Shown: in pieces, positions 42,026-52,236 of the stretch
Layout of the letters: each line of letters starts with the position of its first letter
How positions within the stretch are numbered: the first letter of the stretch is position 1
DNA from: Elainellaceae cyanobacterium
GTDB lineage: Bacteria > Cyanobacteriota > Cyanobacteriia > CAZCXK01
DNA length: 64,000 nucleotides
Direction of reading: 5' to 3'
Assembly (NCBI GenBank): GCA_051117555.1
Contig: JBNPEG010000017.1
Location: 1-64,000 of the forward strand
Position numbers and translations under genes: made by a program
Notes under the pieces: generated by a model
The model's database searches: none
Told to the model about the DNA's origin: nothing
What the model saw: the letters and a program-made list of their open reading frames with translations, nothing else

Positions 42026-43129
42026 TGAGTCGTAGCATATCCGTTGATTTTGGTTCAAAAGTAAAGCTGCCCCTATTGTTGAAACTACGTGGAGGCAACT
42101 CAATAACTCTGAGCAGAGAGGCTGTTAGCTTCAGGCCCCTTAGCGCTGAGTAGTGGTAAAAACTAAGGTGTTTCGCACTATTAAGTTGCAAAACATTAAT
42201 CAGTGTACTGAGAATTCGCAAGTCTGACCATATTGCCGACCGTTTATGCCCGATTAAGTCAAGGAGTGAGAATAATCTGAAGGCAAATATAGCAGAAGTT
42301 GACCCTGCTTAACGAAATGCTCAGCTTTCATACTCGTTATAAGAAACATCGGTGCATTCAGCATAAAGGTGCACTTAGCATAAAAGAGTACCAGAGAAGC
42401 AAACGCTTGCCGATGCATGTAAAAAACTTGCGGACAAAAAAGAACATCGCTCCAGAAAGGCGTTGCCAAATATTAGTATGGGTAGCTGCGGCTCCTTCGT
42501 GCCTTAGCGGGGGCAATTGGGATAGTCAGGGAATCAGATAGAAGCGAAGGTCCGAAGTGTCATTTCATACGGTTGGCTAGCAATGCCTTAGTCATTCAGG
42601 ATTGCTCATGCTTCAAGCATTCAGAGCCTACAAAAATATCTGACTGAGCAAGCTATCAAGCTCAGCCAAGTATCTCACTCTAGCTCATCCGCTCTGAATG
42701 AAGAGGTCAAGAGAAAACACGCACCTTTTTATTAATACCTATTTTAGATACGGATGCATTATATACCAATCTCTGGACCAATCTCTGGCGATCGCGACTC
42801 CTTTTGCGAGAAGATGCTGAGAGGATACTTTAAAAGCCTTGTTTTTTCGTTGCCTTGGCGACTCATACCACTTCCTGAAAGTAGAGTAACAGATCCGGAA
42901 GAGGCGGTTTCTCCCGACGGAAACGCTGTGTGTTGTACCAACTTCTGATTTCGGATTTTCAATTTTGGCTTAGTAGATGAGATCTGAGAAGTTTTCAGAG
43001 TTTGCATAACTCTAATTCGCAGAACTGATATTACAATCGACCTCAAGCGTTTTATTCTACGAGAAGCCACATAGTATCCACACCCGCCCGAGCCTTTCCA
43101 ATCATCCTCTTTAATCTGTTAACCAATCG

Positions 43130-43252
43130 TAGTGGTCTGACATGCCTAAAATAGTGCAAATCTTTAAAGGGCTGAAGCTCTTGAATCCGGTGCGTTACGC
43201 TGCGCTAACGACATCCTACCTAATGCACTATTTTAGCTGTGCCATGCCAGTA
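43130..43252. mobile_element. MITE-like element with a nested GTAG-REP
   Basis: 29-bp imperfect TIRs (22/29 match, inner CTAAAATAGTGCA perfect); contains GGTGCGTTACGCTGCGCTAACGACATCCTAC. Confidence 0.7.
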
Positions 43253-43365
43253 GTGTGAGCGTTTTGCTTCTCCGAACGAGAGGCTTTGCCAGCCCGCAGG
43301 CAATCTTACAGTTGCTCAAGCCCAGCTATTCTTAGAACATTTGACCAAACTGTTATGGTCGAAAT

Positions 43366-44610
43366 CTATGGGAATAGTGGATCCGGATCGAATCGGCTTT
43401 CAGGTGACAGAGTTTCTGGACTGGAAACTGCTCCCGCCGGATTGAAGTTGAACTGGGGCGAATAATCTTCGATTTGAGGAGACGACTGTGCGGACGGATT
43501 TTCAAACAAATCAGGCAACTCATCAATGCCGCCATTGAACATCGGCTGCTGAGTCATCCAGACCAGACCACCTGTGGCACCTGCCATCAGTGCTGCATAT
43601 CCCACATAAAGGTGAACAGGTCTAAGCTGATTAGATGGTTTAGGAGACACACGCTGCCACGATGGGGCGATAATTTTTGCAGGTTCTAGTGAGGGCAACG
43701 AAGACATCAAGGCATATCCGTCTAAGCCAATTGCATCTCCGATACGCCGAATAAATCCACGAACATAGATATCTTCTGGTAATTGATCAGTCTGACCTGC
43801 TTCCAGCGCTTTAATCTGATGAATTGGAATATGAGTTTGATAGTGAACCTTTTCAAGGGACATTGATCGCTTGAGGCGAGCCTGCTTAAGTTCTTGCCCA
43901 ATGCGATGCAAAGACGTTTCTCGTTGTTCTGTGATGGAAGGAGACGTGGATGGACTGACTTTTTGGAACTGAGTTAATCGCCGAGCATATTTCAAGACGG
44001 ACGGCGATTCGGGACGGTGACGGGTATCATCTTGCGATTCCGATAACACCGTTTCGGCTGTAACCGCTTCGCAAACTACGGAATTAGTATTGACTGAATA
44101 ATTGGGCGCAACAGCAGGAGTCACCTGGCGAGAAGACGCATGATTTGTCTCGGTAACGGATGGTAAGGCGCTAACATGTTCCTGTTGGCGAGAATACGTT
44201 TGAGACGTAGTATCTTGAGCCCGATGAGGAGTATCCGATGCATCAGGACTCAATTTCGACTCTATGGTAAGAGTTTGACGGGTAGAAGAATGATTAGAAT
44301 ATTGCTTGAGTAATCGTCGAAGTACAAGTCGAATGGCTTCACGGCCTAGTGCCTTGACAAGGGATTGAGACCCATCCGTCACGTCTCCGATACTCTGCTG
44401 GAGACCTTCTAAAACTTTTTGATAAATCTCACTATGGTGAAGTTCTGCTTCAACACGAACCAGTAGAGCACGCAGTTCTTCCTTAGAAATTGCAAGCTTT
44501 GTGCCCCTAGAACCTTCCAGGCAGTATGTAGATGATGTCGCCACGATGTCTATTGTCTCCGTGCACGCGATAAATACAGCCGAACCTGCCAGGCCATAAA
44601 ACGTAAGCAC
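43366..44610 (-). CDS. RodZ-like HTH protein with C-terminal TM
   Basis: IGQELKQAR...IKALEAG...LPEDIYVRGFIRRIGDAIGLD followed by a TM helix; start uncertain. Confidence 0.8.
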   Translation of the reverse strand: MLTFYGLAGSAVFIACTETIDIVATSSTYCLEGSRGTKLAISKEELRALLVRVEAELHHSEIYQKVLEGLQQSIGDVTDGSQSLVKALGREAIRLVLRRLLKQYSNHSSTRQTLTIESKLSPDASDTPHRAQDTTSQTYSRQQEHVSALPSVTETNHASSRQVTPAVAPNYSVNTNSVVCEAVTAETVLSESQDDTRHRPESPSVLKYARRLTQFQKVSPSTSPSITEQRETSLHRIGQELKQARLKRSMSLEKVHYQTHIPIHQIKALEAGQTDQLPEDIYVRGFIRRIGDAIGLDGYALMSSLPSLEPAKIIAPSWQRVSPKPSNQLRPVHLYVGYAALMAGATGGLVWMTQQPMFNGGIDELPDLFENPSAQSSPQIEDYSPQFNFNPAGAVSSPETLSPESRFDPDPLFP

Positions 44611-44907
44611 CTCAGAATTGGATGACCCTCAAAATTGGATAAGTAGTTTATGGCATTGTTTAAGTCAATTGATGTTGAAAGCCAACATCCAAGCAGTTCG
44701 GATCTCTAAGTAAGACTTTCTAGATCTCTGGAGCAATTCCGGAATAGAAATTAAAAACTCACTATTTCTGATCTCCTCGCCCGCACCGACTAATCGCCTG
44801 CGCTATGGTAATTGAGCAAAATTGCTGGGGATCTCGCCGTCTATGTTTCAGCAATCTCTGCCTTAAGCATGCCACGCGACCATATTTATACCTGACGTAT
44901 TGAACAT

Positions 44908-45056
44908 GGGAGCATCCTGAATGAGGCATTCAGAGATTGCGTCACTGCGTTCGCAATGACCAGAAAATTATTTGCAATGACTATCCGAGAGTCACTGCGA
45001 GCGATAGAGAAGCAGTCTCAAGGGCAAGCAGGTTTTCGCAAAATTGGGATGCGCCC
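44908..45056. repeat. GGGAGCATCC-bounded MITE-like element carrying a REP doublet
   Basis: Ends GGGAGCATCCTGAAT / AATTGGGATGCGCCC; internal inverted pair GAGATTGCGTCACTGCGTTCGCAATGAC and GTCACTGCGAGCGATAGAGAAGCAGTCTC. Confidence 0.65.
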
Positions 45057-45999
45057 ATTAAACATTGCCATTTGTCCTGATTGATTCAAAAAACCAATTC
45101 AGAACCCATGGTGTAGGAGGGCACGCATTGATTAGCTGCGCGATCCTTTCTCGGGTTGATAATATTTTGCAAAGCATTTTTCCAGATGATGGATGCGATA
45201 GCATTTGCAAAAGCGTCGAGGATTTAGAATCAGGGGAGACTGAGAATCGAACAAAGGCTGGTTGAGGTATTGCCAAGTGAGGAAGAGGAATTTGTTGGGT
45301 TGGGAATTCATGATACTTCGGTATTTTGAGAACGCAAACCAGGGTAAGACGTGAGGGCTTGATTCCGCCTTTATAAGGTGGCAATTCATCTGGCCTCAAG
45401 TTAATCGTGCCCAAATCAATGCGGTAACTTTAAACAAAATGTGTAAAGTTCTGAATCAGCACTTGAAATTAAGACTGAGAAATTGAATTAGAGTTCCGAA
45501 AACTAACCTTTACAAGGTTTTGAGACTAATCGCCCAATACAGCGGTAGCAGAGACTTGCCGTCTGAATTTAGGTAAATACACGGCAAAATATTACTCAAA
45601 GTACGTAGTCAATAAGCCAACTAATTGACTACGTATAAATACTTAACTGGCGATCGCCCTGGATAAGCACTCCGGGATGATGCCTGGACGAGAAACGGTA
45701 ACACCCGACCTGGGTAAATGCTTGAGTATGGTGAAGCATTTGATTCTTCAGGGCAGGCTGACTCATATCCGGTTAGTTAGGCTTGAGTACATTGATTTAT
45801 CTCGTAGAGTGGCACGGTTGCGGGTATTCAGCAGATATTCAACGGCTCTGTTGCTGCATTTTCAAAATTTGCCGATTAAAGCTGCCAAACGTCTGGTCTA
45901 ATGTGTCGAACTGTGTACAAACTTAAGTGGATCATGACTCGTAGAGCGATTTCGTGACCCTTTGTACTTCATTCCTACTCAAGGTAAGGCTTATCCAGA

Positions 46000-47199
46000 A
46001 TGACTCTCAGTGGATTACTGGCTCAAGGTTTGATTCAGGGCGCATTAGGATTGGGTTCTATCGTGTTAGCGGAATTTGTTCGAGACTGCTATCACGTTGC
46101 TGGGCACTATTGGCGTCCTCTTCAAAAGCTGCATCTTTTGCATCACAAAGCCTATCGACAAGACTTTACCGTTGCCAACCAGCAGGCATATGGTCAAGCT
46201 CAGCTTTATAACGATTTACCTGAATCGCTTGTCATGATTGCGTTTACCGGCATTGCAATGGGACTGAGCCAGTCGTATGCTGCGGGGGTCGGGGTTCTAT
46301 ATTCGCTCGGCTTTTTGGGCGGCGCGTTGATTCGATCTCAAGGGTGGTGGCTGCAAACTGATCTCACTCATTTGCCGGGTGCGCTGACTCAGATCCCTGG
46401 CAATATGAGAGTTAACCGCACCTATCACTGGCGTCATCATTTCGACGAAACCAACGCCTACTTTGCCGGACATTTTACAATCATAGACAAAGTGTTAGGA
46501 ACAAGCCTTTCTCTTAAGGGGAAAATTGTTGCAATCACCGGCGCTTCTGGCTCGATGGGGCGATCGCTGATGTCGGAACTGGCGCGTCAGGGAGCAAAGC
46601 CGATTGCGCTGACGACGTCTCCTACATTTACGTGTGACGATGCGGTAGATATCGTGCAGTGGTGCGTTGGACAAGAACATGACTTGAGCGATCGCCTCAA
46701 GTCTGTGGATATTCTGGTGCTCAATCATGGGCTCAACGTTTATGGCGATCGCACGGCTGAGGCAATTCAGACCTCATTAGAGGTTAATGCGCTATCCACA
46801 TGGAGATTGGCAGAAATTTTCATGGCAACGGTGACGGGCTCAACGGATCGAGCCACCAAAGAAATTTGGATTAATACATCTGAAGCAGAAGTTAGCCCAG
46901 CACTGAGCCCGTTATATGAAATTTCGAAGCGACTCATCGGAGATTTGATTACCTTACGGCGACTTGATGCGCCCTGCGTGATGCGCAAAATTATTCTGGG
47001 TCCATTTAAGAGCACATTAAACCCGTACGGAGTCATGTCGCCCCAGTGGGTTGCTAAGGCAGTCGTCGCTCTGGCTAAGCGGGATGTGCGCAATATTATC
47101 GTAACGATTAACCCAATCACGTATATCGCCTTTCCAGTCAAAGAATTAGCGAAAACCCTTTACTTTCGGATTTTTTCAAGCCGCAATTCTAGTCGCTAA
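46000..47199 (+). CDS. Bifunctional sterol-desaturase-like / short-chain dehydrogenase
   Basis: His boxes HLLHH and HWRHH; SDR TGASGSMG and YEISK. Confidence 0.88.
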   Translation: MTLSGLLAQGLIQGALGLGSIVLAEFVRDCYHVAGHYWRPLQKLHLLHHKAYRQDFTVANQQAYGQAQLYNDLPESLVMIAFTGIAMGLSQSYAAGVGVLYSLGFLGGALIRSQGWWLQTDLTHLPGALTQIPGNMRVNRTYHWRHHFDETNAYFAGHFTIIDKVLGTSLSLKGKIVAITGASGSMGRSLMSELARQGAKPIALTTSPTFTCDDAVDIVQWCVGQEHDLSDRLKSVDILVLNHGLNVYGDRTAEAIQTSLEVNALSTWRLAEIFMATVTGSTDRATKEIWINTSEAEVSPALSPLYEISKRLIGDLITLRRLDAPCVMRKIILGPFKSTLNPYGVMSPQWVAKAVVALAKRDVRNIIVTINPITYIAFPVKELAKTLYFRIFSSRNSSR

Positions 47200-47313
47200 C
47201 AGGTCGAGATGTATAACGACCGCCCCAGTTCTTTGGGCAGTTGCACGCCAGATAGCTTTCCCAGCTTGGTTCTCTAATTAAGAATGATGTCCTAAGCTAT
47301 CTGGCTAAAGCTA

Positions 47314-47426
47314 TATAGCAATCCCAAATAAATTGTGGGAAAAACCAAAGGAGTTTGGGGACGAAGTCCCCAAGAAGGGGGCAACGCCCCCTCCACCCCT
47401 CTTACGAATCATTTAGGACTGCTATA
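47314..47426. repeat. TATAGC...GCTATA element overlapping the menD stop
   Basis: TATAGCAATCCCAAAT...ATTTAGGACTGCTATA termini; internal hairpins GGGGACGAAGTCCCC and GGGGGCAACGCCCCC. Confidence 0.8.
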
Positions 47427-49173
47427 TGTCTTGAGAAATTCTTTGAAATAAAGCCTGCCGTTTCAACGGATCGGTTTGACGATTCGTGGGCACCTCAAGA
47501 ATGCGAACAGTTTGATCAAACGATGACATCAGAGCGTTGGCTAAGTCGTCCCAGGTGTGAATTTGAATGTATTCGACCTTGTACGTTCGGCAAATATGAT
47601 GAAAATCGATTGATTGAGGCGTAGCAAAATAATCTTCGAAGGGTGGATCAAATTGAGAAATGGGCAATAACTCAAAAATCCCGCCGCCATTATTGTTAAT
47701 TAATACAATCGTGAGTTGCCCAACAAACTGCTGTGTTAGCAAAAACCCGTTGGTATCATGAAGAAGAGCTAAATCTCCGGTGAGCAATACAGTGTGGCGG
47801 TTTCGATAACCAATTCCAACCGCAGTAGAGAGCGTGCCATCAATGCCATTAGCGCCTCGATTAAAGAAAGGTTGAAGTCTTAAATCGTTAGGCTTCCAAA
47901 ACCATTCGACATCTCGAACGGGCGTGCTATTGGCAATAAATAATGGGGTATTTTTAGGCAAGATTTGTGACAAAACCCAAGCGATTTTGCCTTCAAATAA
48001 ATCATCCATTTCTGTAAACGCCTGGTCAAGCAATGAACGAATAGTTGCTTCTGTTTTGCACCAATTTTTGAGATAGATAGACGGAGGCATCGCTGAGGAT
48101 CCCTCTAGCTGATGTGCGAGCGACTCAACCGAGATTCGCAGATGATGAGTCAACCCATGAAGCGGATCAAGATTGCGATCGCTCTCGTCAACAATCCACT
48201 GCTGGGGTTGGGTTGTGGTTAGCCAGTCGCGCAGCACTTTGCTGGTTGGCATTTCACCGATTCGAATGACGATTTCAGGCGTTAGCCCCTCTGCCAACCG
48301 CGAATTTCGCAACATCAGATCGTAGGTTGAAATCAAATATGGGTTGAGGCTGGCATAGTTCCGCAGGGGAGACAGTCCTTCAGCCAAAACGGGAAACCCT
48401 AGCGTTTTCGACACCTGGGCGATCGCCTCACAATAAGGTTTCGGACATTGGGGTTGGGCAGGGCCAGCAATAATTAGCCCGTTCGAGTGCTGTTGCCACG
48501 TTTGAAGCAGGGTCGAGGGAATCGAAGGACTCGAATAGAGAATCGAATCAGACGAAACGCTGAGATGGGAGAAAAAAGTCTGACTATTCAACCGGGATTC
48601 TAGAGCTTCAGCATCCGATTGGGAAATCGGCGCCAGCGGATCGCGAAACGGGATATTGAGATGGACGGGTCCCGGAACTGGCGCGCGCGATCGCTCCCAT
48701 GCATAAACCGTGATTTGCCTAAGATAGGCCAGCATATGAGTATCAAGGGAAGGTGTCGCCAATTCTGCATACCACGTTGGAAAACTGCCATAAAGCTTTT
48801 GCTGATCGATGGCTTGTCCTGCATTACAGTTTCGTAGCTCAGGAGGGCGATCGGCAGTGAGAATAATGAGAGGAACTCGGCTTTCGCGAGCCTCAATCAC
48901 AGCCGGATACATATTGGCTCCAGCCGTGCCAGACGTGCAGACGAGTGCAATGGGTCGATGGCTCCGCCGCGCCATACCCAGAGCAAAAAACGAGGCCGAT
49001 CGTTCATCTAGAACCGGAATAGACTCAACACCATCCGACCGGGCAAATGCGACCGCCATCGGTGCAGAGCGAGATCCTGGACAAATGACTGCGGTGGTGA
49101 GCCCTACGCGGCTGAGCGTTTCAACCAAAATCGATGCCCAGACCGTATTAATATTTCTAAAATCGAGCGACAT
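47422..49173 (-). CDS. menD: SEPHCHC synthase (phylloquinone/menaquinone pathway)
   Basis: CPGSRSAP, DERSASFFALG, CTSGTA, NRGANGIDG, GDLALLHD, NNNGGGIF. Confidence 0.96.
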   Translation of the reverse strand: MSLDFRNINTVWASILVETLSRVGLTTAVICPGSRSAPMAVAFARSDGVESIPVLDERSASFFALGMARRSHRPIALVCTSGTAGANMYPAVIEARESRVPLIILTADRPPELRNCNAGQAIDQQKLYGSFPTWYAELATPSLDTHMLAYLRQITVYAWERSRAPVPGPVHLNIPFRDPLAPISQSDAEALESRLNSQTFFSHLSVSSDSILYSSPSIPSTLLQTWQQHSNGLIIAGPAQPQCPKPYCEAIAQVSKTLGFPVLAEGLSPLRNYASLNPYLISTYDLMLRNSRLAEGLTPEIVIRIGEMPTSKVLRDWLTTTQPQQWIVDESDRNLDPLHGLTHHLRISVESLAHQLEGSSAMPPSIYLKNWCKTEATIRSLLDQAFTEMDDLFEGKIAWVLSQILPKNTPLFIANSTPVRDVEWFWKPNDLRLQPFFNRGANGIDGTLSTAVGIGYRNRHTVLLTGDLALLHDTNGFLLTQQFVGQLTIVLINNNGGGIFELLPISQFDPPFEDYFATPQSIDFHHICRTYKVEYIQIHTWDDLANALMSSFDQTVRILEVPTNRQTDPLKRQALFQRISQDI

Positions 49174-49202
49174 GACCTTGTAGTTCCTTTCCTCTCCGCA
49201 CT

Positions 49203-50621
49203 CTAAACCAGAGCTTGCAGGAGCGCTCGGAGTTTAAGTCGAATTTCTGCTAATTCTCGTTCGGGGTCTGATCCCATTACAATGCCCGCCCCTGCGTAAA
49301 GACGGGCATACTGGCCTTTTAAGAGCGCTGAGCGAATGCCGACGATGAATTCACTGTTGCCCTGCGTATCAACCCAACCCAATGCCCCTGCATAGAGCGA
49401 TCGCTCGAAGGGCTCATATTGAGCAATGTGGCGGCAGGCAACATCGCGGGGCAAGCCAGCGATCGCCGGAGTGGGGTGAATTTCGGCTAACAGTTCTAAG
49501 GCAGAGGCATGTCCAGACAGTGTTGCCTGAATGGGCGTATGAAGATGTTGAATATTGGCCAATTGAAGCAAACTGGGCTCAGGATTATAGTGAGGCTTCA
49601 GCCCAAAGCGGGTGACGCTCTGGACAATAAAATCGACCACCAGTTGATGCTCATGGCGTTCCTTGGGGCTACTGAGTAAACGATTTGCGAGCTCTGCATC
49701 GTCTGCAAGAGTTTGTCCTCGCGGGGCCGAGCCTGCGAGCGCATCGATCACTAAATGATTGTGGCGAATACTGATTAATCGTTCGGGACTGGCTCCAATA
49801 AATTGAGTGTCTGACTGTTGCCCGATTGAAAACACGCAGCAATCTGAATGAAATTGGCGTAGTTTGTTTAAGCAATGAATCCATTGAAAGGGGAGATATG
49901 AAATCACATCAACCGCATGAGCCAGCACAAGCTTATTTAACTGATGACTTTGAATGCATTTAAGAACAGAAGAAACGGTCGTTTCAAAATCGTGAATATC
50001 TGAAATTTGCCAGGTATCAGGTGAGTTTTCAAAGCTGTTTGACAGATCAGAGACGCTGTAGCGAATGGTTTGAATGAATTGAAATTCAGATATAACACTT
50101 TGTGTCATCTGAGATAAATCAGAATCAGCATCCATCAAGAGATTGACCGTCAGCCAATGAGAGTGTCCTTGCTGGGTGACCTGCCACCGAGGCAGAAAGA
50201 CAGTCGCAGCCGGAAATGGAGCCGTTAGATGGGTATTATCTTCAAAGGTAAATGCACAAAAGAAACGAGGTAAAACAGAACAATGCGAAAGTGAAAATGG
50301 CTGAATAACGTGTTTAGAAATCGACTGAATAAAATCTTGAGCTTCTAGAAATCGTGTTGCCCCATGGGTTTGAAACAGCACGGTATTGGCGATCGCCACC
50401 ACAGAATCTTGCTCTAGACGTTTCTCGAAATAAAAGTGGTTTTGATGATGCTCACATAGTTCATAAAGAACCGATAAAGCATAGGAAAATTCAGTTTCTA
50501 CGGTGATGCTTGCAATCTTAAAATGATGGTCGTTAACGGCATTTTGTTGACATGTTAAGAGAAATTGATAAAGGCTTTTAGGATGTTGAAGCAGATTAGT
50601 ACAATGAGGTTTGATGAGCAT
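49203..50621 (-). CDS. menF: Isochorismate synthase
   Basis: GASPERL, ALAGSAPRG, KERHEH, HPTPAIAG, YAGAGIV. Confidence 0.93.
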   Translation of the reverse strand: MLIKPHCTNLLQHPKSLYQFLLTCQQNAVNDHHFKIASITVETEFSYALSVLYELCEHHQNHFYFEKRLEQDSVVAIANTVLFQTHGATRFLEAQDFIQSISKHVIQPFSLSHCSVLPRFFCAFTFEDNTHLTAPFPAATVFLPRWQVTQQGHSHWLTVNLLMDADSDLSQMTQSVISEFQFIQTIRYSVSDLSNSFENSPDTWQISDIHDFETTVSSVLKCIQSHQLNKLVLAHAVDVISYLPFQWIHCLNKLRQFHSDCCVFSIGQQSDTQFIGASPERLISIRHNHLVIDALAGSAPRGQTLADDAELANRLLSSPKERHEHQLVVDFIVQSVTRFGLKPHYNPEPSLLQLANIQHLHTPIQATLSGHASALELLAEIHPTPAIAGLPRDVACRHIAQYEPFERSLYAGALGWVDTQGNSEFIVGIRSALLKGQYARLYAGAGIVMGSDPERELAEIRLKLRALLQALV

Positions 50622-50839
50622 AGAAATGGGAATGGGACGGTTTTTGGGGCCAAGATTAAACTCTCAATTGAGTGACCTTCTATCAATAGAGGTAGCACAC
50701 TTCATTCACCTCAATCATCCTAAATCCGTTCCTAACCCCAAAGCCTCTTTATCATCGCTTGTTACAAAACAAATTTGCAAATTCATTGGGATCATACTTG
50801 ATGACTGTTAAATGACTATGGCCGCTAAACGAATTTTGA

Positions 50840-51018
50840 TATAGCAATCCTAAACATTCATGAAATGGGAGTGCGGGCATCTTGCCCGCCTTGGCAACTG
50901 GAGATTTTAAAAAATCATCTGGGATTTCTGTGTAGCAATCCCAGATGGGTTGTGAGTGGTGGGGCGGGCGGCGCCCGCCCCACCACTCACAATTCACAAG
51001 CGATTTAGGATCGCTATA
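50840..51018. repeat. Two adjacent TATAGC-family elements
   Basis: TATAGCAATCCTAAA...GGGATTTCTGTG, then TGTAGCAATCCCAGAT, a long GTGAGTGGTGGGGCGGGCG hairpin and ATTTAGGATCGCTATA. Confidence 0.8.
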
Positions 51019-51281
51019 GTTGTCGGCTTGAGTCTCAAAAGTTACATATCTTAAGATTGTGGTTAGAGCATTTCAGGTGCCATGCTGTTCTGTCGATTGA
51101 GCCCAAATTTGGGGTAAGGCAAATGCTGATTTTGAGTCAGTGCAAACGAGTACCCCCCTTACAGAGAGGGTTTTCACGCCGCCAGATTTTTTTCATTTCG
51201 TGCAAGCGGAGGTTGTGAATTTCTCCGCCAGCTCATGTGTCAGATATTTTATCTCTCAACTCGTTGATAAACACTCCGGAC

Positions 51282-51303
51282 AAATATGATTCAAATCACA
51301 TGA
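51282..51303. promoter_or_regulatory. Putative CRP binding site
   Basis: AAATATGATTCAAATCACATGA versus consensus AAATGTGA-N6-TCACATTT; core TATGA-N6-TCACA has one mismatch. Confidence 0.55.
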
Positions 51304-51441
51304 TGTACGTACTTAGATCACATTTAAAAGTGGAATCTTTCAACATCCTATAAAGGAGCGACTTGAGTTCACTAGGCTCTGCATCGTCGTTGATTTTCAT
51401 TACAAAAATGTAGCTATTGCCCTACACAGATTTTCCTTGAA

Positions 51442-51666
51442 ATGATGTCCACAGATCTTTCCTTACTTCCGAGTGCGATCGCTGACATCACGGCATATGC
51501 AGCCGAATCAGGCGTAATTACCGTTGCCGATCGGTACGGGCTGCTAGCCGCTGTTCTCAATCCGTCATCTTTACGACCCGACGAACAAGAAGCCGTTGAT
51601 CGACTGCTTCGAGCAGTTTGCCGGGGGCGCATTGTGTTAGTCGACGAATTGTCTGCGGTTCTCTAG
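51442..51666 (+). CDS. Small hypothetical protein
   Basis: 74 aa; GVITVADRYGLLAA...EQEAVDRLLRAVCRGR resembles small cyanobacterial proteins I recall. Confidence 0.75.
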   Translation: MMSTDLSLLPSAIADITAYAAESGVITVADRYGLLAAVLNPSSLRPDEQEAVDRLLRAVCRGRIVLVDELSAVL

Positions 51667-51712
51667 GCCAATATTTCGGTTAATTGCTGTTGGATAAAGC
51701 CTTAGCGAGAAT

Positions 51713-52189
51713 TTAATACTCCGTTTTGTCTGCTTTAGCAGTCCAGGCTCCAAAGACTGCCCGTGCTTCATCTCGCAGGAGTTGAGTCATTGGGAATTTA
51801 CGCTGATCAATTGGCAAATTGAGTTCGGCGTAGATGAACTGATCATCAAATCCAATTTGAGCGGCATCGGCATGGGTATTAGCGTAGTAAACTCGCTCAG
51901 GTCTAGCCCAGTAAATCGCTCCCATACACATAGGACACGGTTCACAACTGGTATAGACGTCGCAGCCTGTCAGTTGAAAGGTGCCTAATGCTTGGCAGGC
52001 ATGGCGAATAGCAACAACCTCTGCATGGGCAGTCGGATCATTCGTCGATGTAACCAGATTGCGTCCTCTAGCAACAATGTCACCGTTCTTCACAATTACA
52101 GCTCCAAATGGCCCGCCATCCCCAGAGATCACATTGTGATGAGAGAGGGCGATCGCCTCACGCATAAATTCGTGACGTACGTCAGTCAT
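51713..52189 (-). CDS. Nucleoside/guanine deaminase (CDA superfamily)
   Basis: GGPFGAV, DPTAHAE, CEPCPMC. Confidence 0.92.
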   Translation of the reverse strand: MTDVRHEFMREAIALSHHNVISGDGGPFGAVIVKNGDIVARGRNLVTSTNDPTAHAEVVAIRHACQALGTFQLTGCDVYTSCEPCPMCMGAIYWARPERVYYANTHADAAQIGFDDQFIYAELNLPIDQRKFPMTQLLRDEARAVFGAWTAKADKTEY

Positions 52190-52236
52190 AAATTTGCCTC
52201 GCTAACGATTCGGTCGCCTATCAATTTAGCCGCCTA

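Noticed and set aside
42254..43070. Short ORFs upstream of the crp gene
   Set aside because: Mutually overlapping and not protein-like; probably promoter/UTR DNA.
45058..45414. 118-aa ORF and neighbours in the 45.0-45.9 kb intergenic region
   Set aside because: Overlapping frames, weak starts and no motifs.
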